A DNA stretch of 64,000 nt from Patiria miniata (Eukaryota). Location: positions 22,733,286 to 22,797,285 of the forward strand of contig NW_024037076.1 of assembly GCF_015706575.1 (NCBI RefSeq), read 5' to 3'. The position numbers and the translations under genes are program-made. The stretch's first letter is position 1; every line of letters starts with the position of its first letter. Of the stretch, positions 61,101 to 64,000 are shown one piece after another. The notes beneath the pieces were generated by a model. It made no database searches. It was not told the origin of the DNA and saw only the letters and a program-made list of their open reading frames with translations.

Positions 61101-62157
61101 AAATTTTGGAACCAGCAGATTGTGCCAAAGAGGAAATCAAAAATGGGGGAATTCCCTCACCCAAATAAACATACTGTACATGACATTGTACACATATGCA
61201 TTAAAAAACAGCTTTGTTTTCCTCATGGAAATCACACAAAAAGACTCTGCAATTTAAATGATTTTATGAGGCAGTTTCTTTCCTCAATTATCTGAGAAGT
61301 GCTTCCCATGCATGACACCTCTGAACACGGTCACAGAGTGTCAGTCCCTCAAGGGATGTCTATCGACCCCTCTGCCTTCCTTCTCGATACATATCGATCA
61401 AGTCACATCCCGTGGAGCTGGGGGCCTAGGCTTGAGATTCCCCTCGGTCCGGCCACACCAGATGTCACACTACCGACACTTGTTCTGTCATTAACAGCCA
61501 AGGGTTGAATAAATACCCGAGCCCAGAGACCCGAGAATCCTTTGGCTTCAATTGCTTCATCAGCTATCCACAAGGACACCAGGATCATTGAGAATGGACC
61601 GCAAGTCCTCGCTTTTAGGACGGTACCGACGGACTCCCATATCCTCCATGCCACATCTAGCCTCAGCCTCACTACAGTTGATACATCCATTATTAACACC
61701 ATCATCAGTCTAATGCTACAAAATATCCATATCAATGATGAATAATTAAATCGTGCTTGGCATTGGACTCAGACAGTGGATTAAGCTTAGCCAAACAGGT
61801 ACTTAATGAGACTCTGTAATCCATATTTCTGGATCTGGCTCCCAGCAACAAAGTTGTAACTGATCTTAAATTGACCCCATGGGCAGAATGCAAATCTTTT
61901 ATCATCGTACATGTATGGCTTCACAATCATACTTTAACTCTGGCACTTGCTACATAAATATAGAGCTCCTGTAAGGCTGTATTCAACTGCAAAGTCGCAC
62001 AATGATGCCATGAAAGTCTCCAAGATGCTAGTATAAAGACATTTAAAAATCATTTCCTCTCTCAGACTTCCTTTACACAGAACAAATATTTGAGACAACA
62101 ATAATTCAACCTGTGATATTGTACAACCCAAAGTATTACTTGGAAGTTTATTTCTTT

Positions 62158-62232
62158 AACCCTAATTCCCTAGGCATTTTTACTAGGATTTTAACTTCAA
62201 TCCTGCAAAAACCTCCAACTGCCTCCATGTAA
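62158..62232. mobile_element. Second copy of the MITE terminus (TTAACCCTAATTCCCTAGGCATTTTT, then ..AATCCTGCAAAAACCTCC) in the inverted orientation. Related internal subrepeats lie at 63250-63300.
   Basis: The sequence matches the reverse complement of the right terminus of the element at 41960-42336. Confidence 0.4.
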
Positions 62233-64000
62233 AAATTGTTAATATTTATATGCTGGTATATGTTCACGGTATATTATTCAGTGCCCATTGCCAATATTAC
62301 GCTTGCTTCTCCTAGACAAACACTGACTGTTATCATTACCATAAATAGTCTGGTGCCTAAGGTGTATTAACACATCCTTTCCTGTAGCAGGTACGTGGAA
62401 CGCATCATGAAGCATTGCTAAATATTCAATTTCTATGTATGCATAAAGCATATGGTAGACCATACACATTAATTTATAGAGACAGTCACAAACCACTTGG
62501 ATGGTTGAAAATTCTACACATGATCCAAATTTAAATAACCCAGCAATCAGTTTGTTTTTTTAAATTGTCTTTTTTAAAATAAATTAAAATATTTTCTTGA
62601 CTATGTGCTCAAAAATGTAATAATTCTTAAAATAAAAACTTTTTTTCATCTCATTTATCTCAATTACTAACAATACTCTATCAATTCAAAACCTTTTCTA
62701 GTTCACTTTAAAATACAATGATTTGGTAACTGTTTTAATAAAATGTTTTTAAAGTTTAACTTGTTTAAATTTCTTTCCAATCCTCTATTCCTGTGATTTT
62801 TTAGTAAATCACTGCTCTTGCTTGCAATTGCCAGCTGTTTCATTCCCAAGACACTTCACCTTATACCAGCCCGTCTACCCACCACCTGTATACCAAGCAG
62901 ACAGTCCTTCCAAGGTCTTGGTATTCTCATGTCCCCATTCATTCAACATCTGGAGACAAGTGCCTATTGTTAGAGTATATTGATAGTGACCAGCTGATGC
63001 CTGGTCTATTGTTGGAAATGCTCCAGCCTTTTGTCAGGGTAGCCTATAAACAGACAGAACTTGAGGTCATACACATGTGTCTGTTTGTGCTCAAATTATC
63101 ACAAGTGCATTCTCCAATGATGCTTAAATGATAGGTTCTGATATTATCATTGGTTGGTTTGCAGCGATTCAGGAATGTTAGAAAGTGCATGGAAAGGCAC
63201 GGCTGGACTCTCCATCAAAAGAAAATTAACTTAATCTTTCAAAATCCACCCAATTTTTTTTTTGAGGATTTTGTAGGATTGAGGAAGGGACTGATGCTCC
63301 TTGAATGTACAAGGAATGTGCTCATGGTTTGCTACACAGTGGAGAATTTTTGAGGTTTCAGGAAGGTTTCTTGCAAAAATCTTGTAGTGCACCTACAAAA
63401 ATCCAATTTGCATGCCTGTATGATGTACATGTACATGTAGGCAACAAATAAATTCAGCTCATCAAAAAAAATATCTAGGCCTACATGTACATCACACAGG
63501 TTACGTGTAGATCAAGGGTCTAAATGAGAAATATACGGTCTATAAGAAAGAGACTTCAATAATGAACTAAGGAGAAAGCTATATGTACAGTACTCACAGA
63601 GTAGATCTGTGCATGTGTGTGTGAAGCCTTCAAACTGTCATTCTGTCTACAAAGACTACACAGCAGCCACTTCAACCATACTTAGACCCAAATTAAACCC
63701 ACAAACGACTGAACGCATTCAATAAACTGCAACACTGAGCACTGAAAAATGTAATTAGTGTGGCACAAACATGTCTCAGAATTTGTTTTACTCTCCAAGA
63801 AGGTTAAAAACAAACAGCCCTGGGAAAAAAGACGGACGATTGAAACAAGGTTAGAAGATTGACAAAAGGACATCGCTGAACGCTGAGCATACCTCCTACA
63901 TGTACCATTATTATAAATGAAGAGAAACAAGTGATGAGAACAAAGACACGACTACTTGGCTATTACTCAGTACGTTAGAGACTTGAAAAATACGTTCATG

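Noticed and set aside
1-64000. A prokaryotic interpretation (operons, defence systems, CRISPR arrays) based on the six-frame ORF list.
   Set aside because: No ORF exceeds about 145 aa. Many listed ORFs start at TTG, GTG or CTG and merely reflect low stop-codon density. The real coding signal is split into GT..AG-bounded exons with conserved eukaryotic proteins (GALC and TIA1). No CRISPR-like repeat-spacer array exists.

Overview
The window is eukaryotic genomic DNA, most likely from an invertebrate deuterostome: it is AT-rich and intron-rich, the longest open reading frame is about 145 aa, pol-III-type tRNA-derived SINEs are present, and the splice sites are canonical GT..AG. Two multi-exon protein-coding genes, both on the minus strand, explain most of the window. 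The first is a complete galactocerebrosidase gene (GALC, glycoside hydrolase family 59), rebuilt here as 15 coding exons with the CDS at 3953..14420. Immediately downstream of it lies the 5' end of a second, tandemly duplicated GALC paralog (copy B): its exon 1 is at 2224..2370 and its exon 2 at 15..83, and the rest of copy B lies beyond the left edge of the window. The second gene is a TIA1/TIAL1-family RNA-binding protein with three RRM domains and a Q/Y-rich prion-like C-terminus. Its stop codon is at 20072 and its exons reach at least 51.5 kb, probably about 52.75 kb, with introns of about 9 kb and 14 kb. The remaining DNA is intronic or intergenic repeat sequence:
- three tRNA-derived SINE-like copies;
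- a roughly 185-bp satellite interrupted by a hairpin-flanked insertion;
- a piggyBac-type MITE with TTAA target-site duplications;
- homopolymer G and C tract clusters;
- a (TCAG)n microsatellite;
- several palindromes.
Possible regulatory signals are a CLEAR-like E-box (TCACGTGAC) about 130 bp upstream of the complete GALC copy and a dense cluster of CACCTG and CATGTG E-boxes 3' of the TIA1-like gene. No prokaryotic-style system (operon, CRISPR array, defence island) is present. All coordinates were derived by hand from the printed sequence, so exon boundaries may be off by 1 nt in places.
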